Positions 1 through 7,051 of a DNA stretch of 64,000 nucleotides are shown here, in pieces. The notes under the pieces were generated by a model. It searched no databases. It saw nothing but the letters and a program-made list of their open reading frames with translations, and had not been told where the DNA came from. The DNA is from an uncultured Clostridia bacterium. Its GTDB lineage: Bacteria; Bacillota; Clostridia; TANB77; CAG-508. Where the stretch lies: the NCBI GenBank assembly GCA_934141445.1, contig CAKPCF010000004.1, positions 15,526 to 79,525 on the forward strand. The letters run 5' to 3'. The number at the start of each line of letters is the position of its first letter. The first letter of the stretch is position 1. The position numbers and the translations under genes are program-made.

Positions 1-192
1 TTCTATAGTTTTTATTTTAGAATAAACAACACTAGATTTTTTAGAATCTTGCCAAAAATTTTCTGACATGCTTTCTTTTTTTAATTGTTCAAGTTCATTT
101 TGCAGACTTTTCAAGTTAATTGTTTCTTTTAGTTTATCTAATTTTTCATTCAAGCTATTTAGTTCTCTTAAATTATTGTCTAAATCTAGCAT
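1..192 (-). CDS. prfB: Peptide chain release factor 2, N-terminal 64 codons (gene runs off the window start)
   Basis: Hand translation from ATG at 192-190 gives MLDLDNNLRELNSLNEKLDKLKETINLKSLQNELEQLKKESMSENFWQDSKKSSVVYSKIKTIE. A helical N-terminus followed by an E.FW.D motif about 45 residues in is the RF2 N-domain pattern. AAAGGAA lies 7 nt upstream and an in-frame TAA sits just before the ATG. It is absent from the ORF track because the window edge truncates it. Confidence 0.55.
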   Translation of the reverse strand, partial: MLDLDNNLRELNSLNEKLDKLKETINLKSLQNELEQLKKESMSENFWQDSKKSSVVYSKIKTIE

Positions 193-346
193 TTACATAT
201 TCCTTTCATATCAATTTAAACTATTATAATTATAGCTTATTCATCTTTAATAGTCAAATAATTTTATACTATAATATATTTGGTATGTTTTTATAAATAC
301 ATGCTGATTGTTGGTTTATAAAGTTAACATAATTTTATAAATTTTC

Positions 347-375
347 TTGACATTTATTCCCAATGGATTTATAAT
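347..375 (+). promoter_or_regulatory. Sigma-70-type promoter of the 64-aa ORF unit
   Basis: TTGACA (347-352), 17-nt spacer, TATAAT (370-375). Both hexamers match consensus exactly at optimal spacing, about 55 nt upstream of the ATG at 432. Confidence 0.55.
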
Positions 376-431
376 AAATTTATGCGGTATTTTGGTATCG
401 TAAATACATATTTTTTGAGAGGTATTTTGTT

Positions 432-626
432 ATGGCTTCTTTCGTGAAGAACTCGTGCATCAACAACCCCACCGTTACTGTACAGCGGATGACTAATTTC
501 ATGGTCGATCCTAAGCGTGTAGGAAATGCAGTTGCTAACAGCAACTATTACTGGTGGACTTGGCAACAAAAGCATCGTGAATTCTTGAAAAGCGTGGAGA
601 CAGCAAAACGTCAGGTTAACCTGTGA
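432..626 (+). CDS. Hypothetical 64-aa soluble protein (NYYWWTWQQ aromatic patch), foreign composition
   Basis: ORF track. GAGAGG (417-422) lies 9 nt before the ATG. Codons end mostly in G/C (hand count about 45% GC, 88/195). It has its own promoter and terminator. I recognise no family, and a non-coding RNA cannot be excluded. Confidence 0.45.
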   Translation: MASFVKNSCINNPTVTVQRMTNFMVDPKRVGNAVANSNYYWWTWQQKHREFLKSVETAKRQVNL

Positions 627-696
627 GCTGTATTCATAAGTCACAACATCAAAAAAGACTGAGGTTTCCCCCTAAAAACCTTAGTTAATCCTCACG

Positions 697-745
697 CACC
701 GTCAGTGAGCTGTCCAGCCTGGGCAACACTGACGGTGTTTTTATT
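697..745 (+). terminator. Rho-independent terminator of the 64-aa ORF unit
   Basis: An 11-bp perfect stem, CACCGTCAGTG (697-707) with CACTGACGGTG (727-737), is followed by TTTTTATTTTATT. Confidence 0.75.
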
Positions 746-775
746 TTATTCTGAAAAAATAGTAAACTCAATTTT

Positions 776-804
776 TTGACAATTATGTAAAGTCGTGTTA
801 TAAT
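776..804 (+). promoter_or_regulatory. Sigma-70-type promoter (extended -10) of the paralog pair
   Basis: TTGACA (776-781), 17-nt spacer, TGT-TATAAT (796-804). The hexamers match consensus exactly and there is a TGn extension. Confidence 0.6.
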
Positions 805-875
805 ATTGTTTATTCGAAATTATTTTTGATTTTTATGAAAGGGTGGTATTTTTTGACTACTTAGAATCACTTCAT

Positions 876-964
876 GTTCGAATATTCACCACTGCAAGAA
901 TATAATAGTTCTTGTTGCAAATGGAGCATTTGCTCTAAGGAGTAAAACAATGGAAGAAAACATT
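876..964 (+). repeat. Conserved structured leader, copy A (includes RBS and first 5 codons of the 950 gene)
   Basis: 83/89 nt are identical to 1329-1417 at a constant offset of 453 nt. It contains hairpin CAAGAAT/GTTCTTG, hairpin GCAAATG-GAG-CATTTGC, then AAGGAG 8 nt before the ATG. Confidence 0.85.
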
Positions 965-1312
965 GTAGCATGGACATTGCTGAATAGATTTGAGAAAGAC
1001 TATAACTTGATATCTTCTTTTCAGCCTAAATTTGAAACTGTGCAAAACTCTGATGCCTTTCAGAAGTTGCTCGATGAATGTGTCGGCTTTTTTGACTGTA
1101 CCCTTCTAGGTAGAGTAGATAATGGTGTTTTTCCTATTAGCTACAGCCTAATATGTGGAGTTATCGACACAACTTCAGAAATTAGAGAGATTGATAAGGA
1201 AATTCCTTTTTCTCTTGATATTGCACGTGATGCTGTTGTTAATATGCTGTCTGCATTAACGCAAGCTTATCAAAAGGAGCTTGAAATCTTTAAAAGAAAT
1301 AACAATCTTTAA
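950..1312 (+). CDS. Hypothetical 120-aa acidic protein, paralog 1
   Basis: ORF track with an AAGGAG RBS. By eye it is about 40% identical to the 1403 product (shared SSF..F..VQNSD.F..LL..C, FP.S, A.VNM..AL...YQKELE.F). No family recognised. Confidence 0.7.
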   Translation: MEENIVAWTLLNRFEKDYNLISSFQPKFETVQNSDAFQKLLDECVGFFDCTLLGRVDNGVFPISYSLICGVIDTTSEIREIDKEIPFSLDIARDAVVNMLSALTQAYQKELEIFKRNNNL

Positions 1313-1328
1313 AGACTTTACAACCAAA

Positions 1329-1417
1329 GTTCGAATATTCACCACTGCAAGAGTACAATAACTCTTGTTGCAAATGGAGCATTTGCTCTAAGGAGTAAAA
1401 CAATGGAAAAAGACATT
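1329..1417 (+). repeat. Conserved structured leader, copy B
   Basis: See copy A. The four differences upstream of the ATG all fall in the first hairpin (two stem pairs changed with pairing kept, one loop position). Confidence 0.85.
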
Positions 1418-1768
1418 AAGGAAATGTTGAAAACTTTCGAAGCAACCAATAGCTCTATCTCTTCTTTTCACCTTCAGTTCGGCTCTGTGCAAAACTCTGA
1501 TGAGTTTCTAGATTTGCTCATCAAATGTGCAAATTTTCTAGATGACGATGTCAAAAAAGGCATAGATGAAAGCATTTTTCCTGTAAGCAACTGTTTGGTC
1601 TGGGGGTTTAGTGATGTCATCAGTTACCTTATCCATGTAGATATCAATGTATATGAAAATTCTTATCCTCTTGATATCACTAGTGAGGCTATCGTCAACA
1701 TGATGTTTGCTTTGCGTTGTTCCTATCAGAAAGAGCTGGAGGCTTTTAGAAAAGACAACAAAGCTTAA
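1403..1768 (+). CDS. Hypothetical 121-aa acidic protein, paralog 2
   Basis: ORF track with the same AAGGAG RBS context. Paralogous to 950..1312. Confidence 0.7.
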   Translation: MEKDIKEMLKTFEATNSSISSFHLQFGSVQNSDEFLDLLIKCANFLDDDVKKGIDESIFPVSNCLVWGFSDVISYLIHVDINVYENSYPLDITSEAIVNMMFALRCSYQKELEAFRKDNKA

Positions 1769-1808
1769 AAAACTCACATCAATATTTCTTCTTTGTTTAA
1801 ATCCTAGC

Positions 1809-1876
1809 AAAAAGTTGCCAGTTCGTGCAAGATTTAGCTGAAATTGCTAATCATTGCACAGCTGGCAACTTTTTTA
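1809..1876. terminator. Long GC-rich bidirectional hairpin terminator
   Basis: AGTTGCCAG (1813-1821) pairs with CTGGCAACT (1862-1870), with further inner pairing (GTGCAA/TTGCAC). An A-run lies on the left and TTTTTT on the right. It can stop both the plus-strand paralog operon and the converging minus-strand sigma operon. Confidence 0.7.
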
Positions 1877-1950
1877 TTTATAAATCTTAAAACTAACAAA
1901 TTCATCTTCAAGTCATTGTAAAACTAACATTGTAATAATACTATAGCATT

Positions 1951-3054
1951 TTAATTACTATAATACATTGTAGCTCCACCAATAATTTCACCAGTAGTAG
2001 CATCAACAAAATAGTTCCATATTCCTTCTGTATATCTTTTTACAACATCTTTATAATTGTCTTCATATTTTATTGTTACTACCCAAGCATTTCTTATTCT
2101 CTCATCTATTAGATAATATTTTCTTGCTTCACTTGGATAATCTACGGTTTGCATTGGCTTATAAAATTCTTCTTTATTCAAACTTCTTTCATAAGCTTTA
2201 GTATTCATTTTTACAACTTCAAGTGTTGCATCAACAGAATCTATTTTATTGCTTTCTACATTTTCATCTTCCATTAAAGCTATTTTTATAGCCTCTTCTT
2301 TAGTAATTTTTATTTCGTTATTATCAAAAGATTCATTTTCTGTTCTAATATATTCAAATTTATTATCTTTTGCATTTATTTCGATACATATATATTCATA
2401 AGGATTATATGTTTCATCATATTTTTTTAGATATTCAATACTAACATAGTTGCCCTCTTCTTCATCCTTTTCACTATTTTTCTTAGCATCATATGATTTT
2501 ATTTCTGTAATATCATAACCTGTTGTATCAATATCAAATTGTTTTAAATATTTATTTGCAACTTTTTTAGCCTCTTCTTTTGATATTTTTTCATCTTCAT
2601 TTTGTGATTGCGTTTGATTATTCCAAATTTCAAAAAATTCGCCACTAAAACCATCTATAGATATAGAATAGTCATCTTCTGTTTCAAATCTATACATAAT
2701 TTTATCTGATTCTACATCTGCCTTATAGTTATCACTTCCTAGTATGTCGCTATTTAGCCCTGCTTTTTTTAGTTTCTTTATAGCAATTTCTTTTGCCTCT
2801 TCTTCTGATATATTAAATTTTTTATTTTCTTCTGTAATCTCAAAAGCTGGGTTTTCTATTTGTTTAGGTACTTTCCAAATTTTTTCTATTATTGTATTGC
2901 CGGCAAAGGCAACACCACTTATTGAAATTATAGTACACGCAACTAATCCTAATTTTTTAATACTGGTTACTTTGTTTGTTTTTTCATCTTCAGTACTATC
3001 CATTTTTGATATAGCTATTCTGAATTTTAGCTTTTCTTTTATATTGTCATTCAT
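1951..3054 (-). CDS. Membrane-anchored PepSY-repeat protein, probable anti-sigma factor by position
   Basis: ORF track. It has an N-terminal cytoplasmic segment, one TM helix (LGLVACTIISISGVAFA), then three I(S/T)xEEAKxxA PepSY-like repeats. Its start is 1 nt after the stop of the upstream sigma gene. Confidence 0.5.
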   Translation of the reverse strand: MNDNIKEKLKFRIAISKMDSTEDEKTNKVTSIKKLGLVACTIISISGVAFAGNTIIEKIWKVPKQIENPAFEITEENKKFNISEEEAKEIAIKKLKKAGLNSDILGSDNYKADVESDKIMYRFETEDDYSISIDGFSGEFFEIWNNQTQSQNEDEKISKEEAKKVANKYLKQFDIDTTGYDITEIKSYDAKKNSEKDEEEGNYVSIEYLKKYDETYNPYEYICIEINAKDNKFEYIRTENESFDNNEIKITKEEAIKIALMEDENVESNKIDSVDATLEVVKMNTKAYERSLNKEEFYKPMQTVDYPSEARKYYLIDERIRNAWVVTIKYEDNYKDVVKRYTEGIWNYFVDATTGEIIGGATMYYSN

Positions 3055-3055
3055 T

Positions 3056-3589
3056 TTATAGTACCTCCTCTTTTAAATACTTTCTTATCTTTTTTCTGGT
3101 TCTATGTAATTTAGTCTTTATATTAGACTCTGACAATCTTAACTCTTTAGCTATATCTTTAATCGAAATGTTTGAATAATAAAACATATTAAATATTTTT
3201 AACTCATCTGGTTTTATGTTTTTTATTTTATTGCACACCTCTTCGATTTTTTCAATTTCTTCTAAATATGATTCATAATAACTAAAGTCTAATGAATTTT
3301 CTATTTGTTCTAAATCTAGTGATAGTTTTCTTTTCTTAAGTTTTTCTTTTATTAGATTTCTAGTTATCCCTGAAATGTATGCTGATAAGTTTTCGATTTT
3401 GTAACCTTCTTCATTTCTTTTCCATACTACAAAGAAAGTATCTAATAAAATTTCTTCTTTATCTTCATTAGATAGATTGTTATATACAGTGTTTCTTATA
3501 ATTGTATTTACATATGGAGAAAAATCATCTACTATTTTGTCTATGTCTAACTCTTCTCCTTTTACATATTTTTCTATTTTACTTTCCAA
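3056..3589 (-). CDS. ECF-type RNA polymerase sigma-70 family factor
   Basis: 177 aa, with a region-2-like segment (FFVVWKR) and a region-4 HTH (ISIKDIAKELRLSESNIKTKLHRTRKKI). Confidence 0.8.
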   Translation of the reverse strand: MESKIEKYVKGEELDIDKIVDDFSPYVNTIIRNTVYNNLSNEDKEEILLDTFFVVWKRNEEGYKIENLSAYISGITRNLIKEKLKKRKLSLDLEQIENSLDFSYYESYLEEIEKIEEVCNKIKNIKPDELKIFNMFYYSNISIKDIAKELRLSESNIKTKLHRTRKKIRKYLKEEVL

Positions 3590-3658
3590 TTTAGTAACTC
3601 CTTTATAAGATATCTTACACTTGTATAGTATTTAAAACATAAAAAAGGTTACACAATA

Positions 3659-4276
3659 TTATAATAAATTTAATTCTTTAATTGTTTCAATTACACTTGC
3701 TACATTATCTGGTTCAACTTTCTTTGATAAAATTCCTAGCTTATTTCCTGTTACTATATTCTTTTGGTTATCATCTATAAATAAACATTCATTAGCAGTT
3801 AAGTTATATTTTTCTAATAATATTTTATATATTCCTTCATAAGGTTTAACTTGATGTACTTGGTATGATAGTATATATCCATCAACTAATTCAAATAATC
3901 CACTTCTTGCTACGTTTTCTGTCGTATACGAATTTATGTTTGATAATAAATAAACACTATATCCTTTGTTTTTTAGTTCTTTGATTAAATCTAAAATTTC
4001 CGTATTTACAAAAGCATAATTGTTGTAGTTATACCAAAAGTTTTTAATAAGTTCATCATTAGAATGATTTGTTCTATCAGATACAATATCTATTGCCTCT
4101 TCTCTTGATATATATCCTGTATCTATTAGTGCATATTCTAACCATTCTGGTGACTTTATTATATTTTCCATAATAAATTTTTGTTCTTCTTGGCTATCTG
4201 TAAATTTCTTTAAAACCTCTTCTACATTAAAATTTAAAATTACATTTCCTATATCAAATATTACATTTTTAATCAT
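3659..4276 (-). CDS. HAD-superfamily hydrolase (subfamily IA-like)
   Basis: N-terminal VIFDIGNVIL (motif I), LLSN (motif II) and FIDDNQKN (motif III). Confidence 0.75.
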   Translation of the reverse strand: MIKNVIFDIGNVILNFNVEEVLKKFTDSQEEQKFIMENIIKSPEWLEYALIDTGYISREEAIDIVSDRTNHSNDELIKNFWYNYNNYAFVNTEILDLIKELKNKGYSVYLLSNINSYTTENVARSGLFELVDGYILSYQVHQVKPYEGIYKILLEKYNLTANECLFIDDNQKNIVTGNKLGILSKKVEPDNVASVIETIKELNLL

Positions 4277-4320
4277 TTTCTTTCTCCTTTTGATTATTAA
4301 ATTATACCAGTTGTATTATA

Positions 4321-4866
4321 TCATAAGACATATTTGTATAAAAAACACTCTTTATCATGTGAATATATAACACCAATTGCTTGCAAATATGAATATATAA
4401 TTGTACTTCCAACAAACTTCATGCCTCTTCTTTGCAAATCTTTTGAAATAGAATCAGATAATTCATTCGTAGTTTTATCTATTTCATATATTGTTTGCTC
4501 TTTAGTAAATGTTCTTAAATAATTGTAAAAGCTTCCATATTCTTCTTGTATTGCTTTAAATATTTTGCTATTAGTTATAGTAGCTTTTATTTTTAATTTG
4601 TTTCTTATAATTTTCTTATTTTCTAATAGTTCTTGTATCTTTTCTTCATTATAAGAACAAATTTTCTCTATATCAAAATTATCAAACGCAATTCTAAAAT
4701 CATCTCGTTTATTAAGCACGCATTCCCAAGATAGTCCAGCTTGAAATGATTCGAGTATTAACATTTCATATAAATATTTTTCATCAAAATTTTGTTTGCA
4801 CCATTCATTGTCATGATATTCTATATATTTTTTATTCTTCAAATTACACCATTTGCATCTTGTCAT
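4321..4866 (-). CDS. tag: DNA-3-methyladenine glycosylase I
   Basis: 181 aa. CKWC..YHDNEWC zinc-snap N-terminus, LILESFQAGLSW, and typical Tag length. Confidence 0.85.
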   Translation of the reverse strand: MTRCKWCNLKNKKYIEYHDNEWCKQNFDEKYLYEMLILESFQAGLSWECVLNKRDDFRIAFDNFDIEKICSYNEEKIQELLENKKIIRNKLKIKATITNSKIFKAIQEEYGSFYNYLRTFTKEQTIYEIDKTTNELSDSISKDLQRRGMKFVGSTIIYSYLQAIGVIYSHDKECFLYKYVL

Positions 4867-4887
4867 TATTACTACTCCTAAAAGCTA

Positions 4888-5790
4888 TTATTCTTTTATA
4901 AAGTTTAGTATGTCTTCAAAAATTTGTTTGTGTTCAGTTTCATTTAGTAGTTCATGTCTTAAATCTTGATATATTTTATGTTGTGATTTAGTATATCCTA
5001 TTTTATTTAAAAATTTTTCTAATTCATCAAACTTTTTTGTACCTTGAATTACTGGATCTTTTTCTCCTGCAATTAGAAAAATCTTTAATTTTTTATTTTT
5101 CATTTTATATAAATTTGCTTTAAAAGCTCTGTCTAATAGCTTGTATAAGTTAATAAAACCATTCGTTGTAAATATAAAGCCGCATAATTCATCAGAATTA
5201 TAATTTTCAACATTACTATAATTTTTTGAAAGCCATTCGTTATCGTTTGTATATCCTTTATTATAAGATTTAAAAGTTAAATTATTTAAAACTTTGTTTG
5301 CTTTTTTATTTAGACCAAAATATTTAAAGGAATATGCAATTGCAATTGCAAACTTTGTAAATGGATTTTTTGTAGGTGGTCCACACAATATAAGTTTTTC
5401 TATTTCATTATCATATTTTTGTATATAACCTCTTGCAACTAATGTACCCATACTATGACTAAATAAATATACTGGATAATTACTATATTTTTCTTTTATA
5501 TAATTAGTTACATCATGTAAATCATTTACTATGAAATCCGTATTTTCTGTATAAAAGTATCCTAAATCTTCTGTGCTTTTAACACTATTTCCATGACCTC
5601 TATGGTCATTTATTATACAAATATATCCATTGTCTGCTAGATATTCCATAAATTCAAAATATCTTTCTTTATATTCAGACATACCATGTGAAATTTGTAC
5701 AATTCCATTTATTTTATCTTTTGGAATTGCATAAGCTATTTCTATTGGTAATCCATCACTACTAGATTCTATTATTTCTTTTTCTATCAT
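4888..5790 (-). CDS. Alpha/beta hydrolase (lysophospholipase / monoacylglycerol-lipase-like)
   Basis: HGMSEY..RY, DHRGHGNS, and nucleophile elbow SHSMG. Confidence 0.8.
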   Translation of the reverse strand: MIEKEIIESSSDGLPIEIAYAIPKDKINGIVQISHGMSEYKERYFEFMEYLADNGYICIINDHRGHGNSVKSTEDLGYFYTENTDFIVNDLHDVTNYIKEKYSNYPVYLFSHSMGTLVARGYIQKYDNEIEKLILCGPPTKNPFTKFAIAIAYSFKYFGLNKKANKVLNNLTFKSYNKGYTNDNEWLSKNYSNVENYNSDELCGFIFTTNGFINLYKLLDRAFKANLYKMKNKKLKIFLIAGEKDPVIQGTKKFDELEKFLNKIGYTKSQHKIYQDLRHELLNETEHKQIFEDILNFIKE

Positions 5791-5870
5791 ACAACCTCAC
5801 TACAATATTATTTTTATAGAACAGATTATAACATATTCAAAATATTTTTCAACTAATGTCTCATATAAAT

Positions 5871-5907
5871 GCCGAAGAGAGAGTTACAATCGTCCCTCTC
5901 TCTTGGC
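5871..5907 (-). terminator. Hairpin immediately 3' of the 60-aa ORF
   Basis: GCCGAAGAGAGAG (5871-5883) pairs with CTCTCTCTTGGC (5896-5907), about 12 bp with one bulge, starting 7 nt after the stop. The U-tract on the minus strand is weak (AUUUAUAU) and is stronger on the plus strand. Confidence 0.5.
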
Positions 5908-5913
5908 TTTTCT

Positions 5914-6096
5914 TTACCTCACCGTCTTTGCTGCCTCCATCAGTGCCTTGCTCTGCACAATGTACCACCGACCGTTGTCGTAGTAAGTAGTGATGCCAGG
6001 CAGGTTCTGATAAAAGGCTCGCAGTGTGTCGTACGCATCAGACTTATGGACAAAACCGAAGGCGTCTACGAGGATAAAGTTTTTAGTGTCGATCAT
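5914..6096 (-). CDS. Hypothetical 60-aa soluble protein, foreign composition
   Basis: ORF track (MIDTKNFILVDAFGFVHKSDAYDTLRAFYQNLPGITTYYDNGRWYIVQSKALMEAAKTVR). AAAGGAA RBS. Hand count 89/183 = about 49% GC. It has its own promoter and hairpin. No family recognised. Confidence 0.5.
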   Translation of the reverse strand: MIDTKNFILVDAFGFVHKSDAYDTLRAFYQNLPGITTYYDNGRWYIVQSKALMEAAKTVR

Positions 6097-6162
6097 AATG
6101 TTGTCGTTCCTTTCTGTAAAACAGGTTGTCGTTCGAACAGATTTATAATTAAATCTACCATA

Positions 6163-6191
6163 ATTATAGCACTTTTGGAAGATTTTTTCAA
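6163..6191 (-). promoter_or_regulatory. Sigma-70-type promoter (extended -10) of the 60-aa ORF
   Basis: On the minus strand: TTGAAA (6191-6186), 17-nt spacer, TGC-TATAAT (-10 at 6168-6163). Confidence 0.55.
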
Positions 6192-6293
6192 CTGGCTAGT
6201 CTTCATAAGAAAATCTTAATATAATTTTAAGTAATTCTTAAAACTTAATCTTCAATTTAGTTTTATAATGTTAGCAATAAGGAGGAGTATTAA

Positions 6294-7004
6294 ATGAAGA
6301 AAAAGAAGAAAAAAATAAGATGGTTACTTCTAATAATTATCATAATATATATTATTTTTCAAAATGATGCTTTTAATATTTTTTCAGAATATAAAACGAT
6401 AAAAGAAGACAAAAATAAAAATTATGCAGGAATTGGTCAACAAAAAGTAAAAAATCAGGATGGATATTTTACTACCTTTACAACTATTGATGATCATAAA
6501 AAAACATATATTGAATATAAACAAAATAATGCTTCTTGGAGTAATAATTCATACTGGGGCGGAACAATGGAAGAAAACGGCTGTGGAATAACAGCACTTG
6601 CAATTATTTTAAGTGGCTACAATAAAACTCACTCTCCTGAAGATCTTAGACAAAAATATTATCCTGTACTAAAATATGATTCTCTTTCAAAAGAATTATC
6701 TGATACATATAATATTGAAAATTCAGATTTTTATTATAACAATACATATTTTACACAAGAAAAATTGCAAGAACATTTAAAAACTAATAGACCTGTTTTG
6801 ATTTGTGTATGGAGCAAACATTATAGTAATCGTTGGACATCTGCCTCACATTATATGGTTTTACTAGCTACTGATGATAATAATATGGTATATGTTTCAA
6901 ATCCTAATGGTGGAGAAAATGATTTCAAAAGTTCAGGATGGTATAATTTCCAAGAAATAATTCCTTATATTGCTAAAGTTTTATACATAGAAAGTTATAA
7001 TTAA
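6294..7004 (+). CDS. Secreted/anchored papain-like cysteine peptidase (C39-like fold)
   Basis: Lys-rich N-terminus plus TM helix, catalytic-Cys context ENGCGITALAIIL, and His context SASHYMVLL followed by SNPNG. Confidence 0.55.
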   Translation: MKKKKKKIRWLLLIIIIIYIIFQNDAFNIFSEYKTIKEDKNKNYAGIGQQKVKNQDGYFTTFTTIDDHKKTYIEYKQNNASWSNNSYWGGTMEENGCGITALAIILSGYNKTHSPEDLRQKYYPVLKYDSLSKELSDTYNIENSDFYYNNTYFTQEKLQEHLKTNRPVLICVWSKHYSNRWTSASHYMVLLATDDNNMVYVSNPNGGENDFKSSGWYNFQEIIPYIAKVLYIESYN

Positions 7005-7051
7005 AGAGCTACTTCAAAATAGTAGCTCTTTAGTTTAAATATAAATACAAA

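Noticed and set aside
369-644. Long ORFs antisense to the small cassette ORFs (369..644 minus, 5869..6219 plus, 18045..18275 plus).
   Set aside because: They have no RBS and no promoter in the right orientation. They are explained by the scarcity of stop codons in locally GC-richer DNA. The opposite-strand ORFs have SD sequences, promoters and terminators.
380-745. The higher-GC transcript might be a known structured RNA (tmRNA, RNase P RNA, SRP/4.5S RNA, 6S RNA, a riboswitch or a retron msr-msd).
   Set aside because: None of the signatures I know are present: no GGGG...UCCACCA tmRNA ends, no GAGGAAAGUCC, no SRP GGAA tetraloop helix, and no adjacent reverse transcriptase. The region has a plausible RBS plus a 64-codon frame with biased third positions, so I list it as a tentative CDS. 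An unknown ncRNA is not excluded.
1310-1402. The two paralogs are in the same frame, separated by one TAA and a 90-nt linker without further stops, which suggests stop-codon read-through or a broken two-domain gene.
   Set aside because: Thirty open codons plus a shared frame is not improbable by chance. The second gene has its own strong RBS and ATG. In that frame all leader substitutions are non-synonymous, which argues against translation.
876-1402. The repeated leader could be an integron attC site or cassette array.
   Set aside because: It has no GTTRRRY/RYYYAAC core pair and no intI or attI. The element sits 5' of each ORF and includes the RBS, whereas attC sites sit 3' of the ORF.
1497-1504. 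CTGATGAG, the hammerhead ribozyme core box.
   Set aside because: It lies inside the coding frame of paralog 2. There is no flanking CGAAA box or helices, and it is not conserved in paralog 1 (CTGATGCC).
5842-6214. Flanking direct repeat around cassette 2, analogous to the 56-bp repeat of cassette 3 (TTTTCAACT..GTCTCATA..AAAT at 5846-5870 versus TTTTCAACT..GTCTTCATA..AAAT at 6184-6214).
   Set aside because: Only about 9 contiguous matches plus gapped AT-rich similarity, which is not distinguishable from chance in this composition by eye. The right copy overlaps the cassette's own -35. It needs a computed alignment score.
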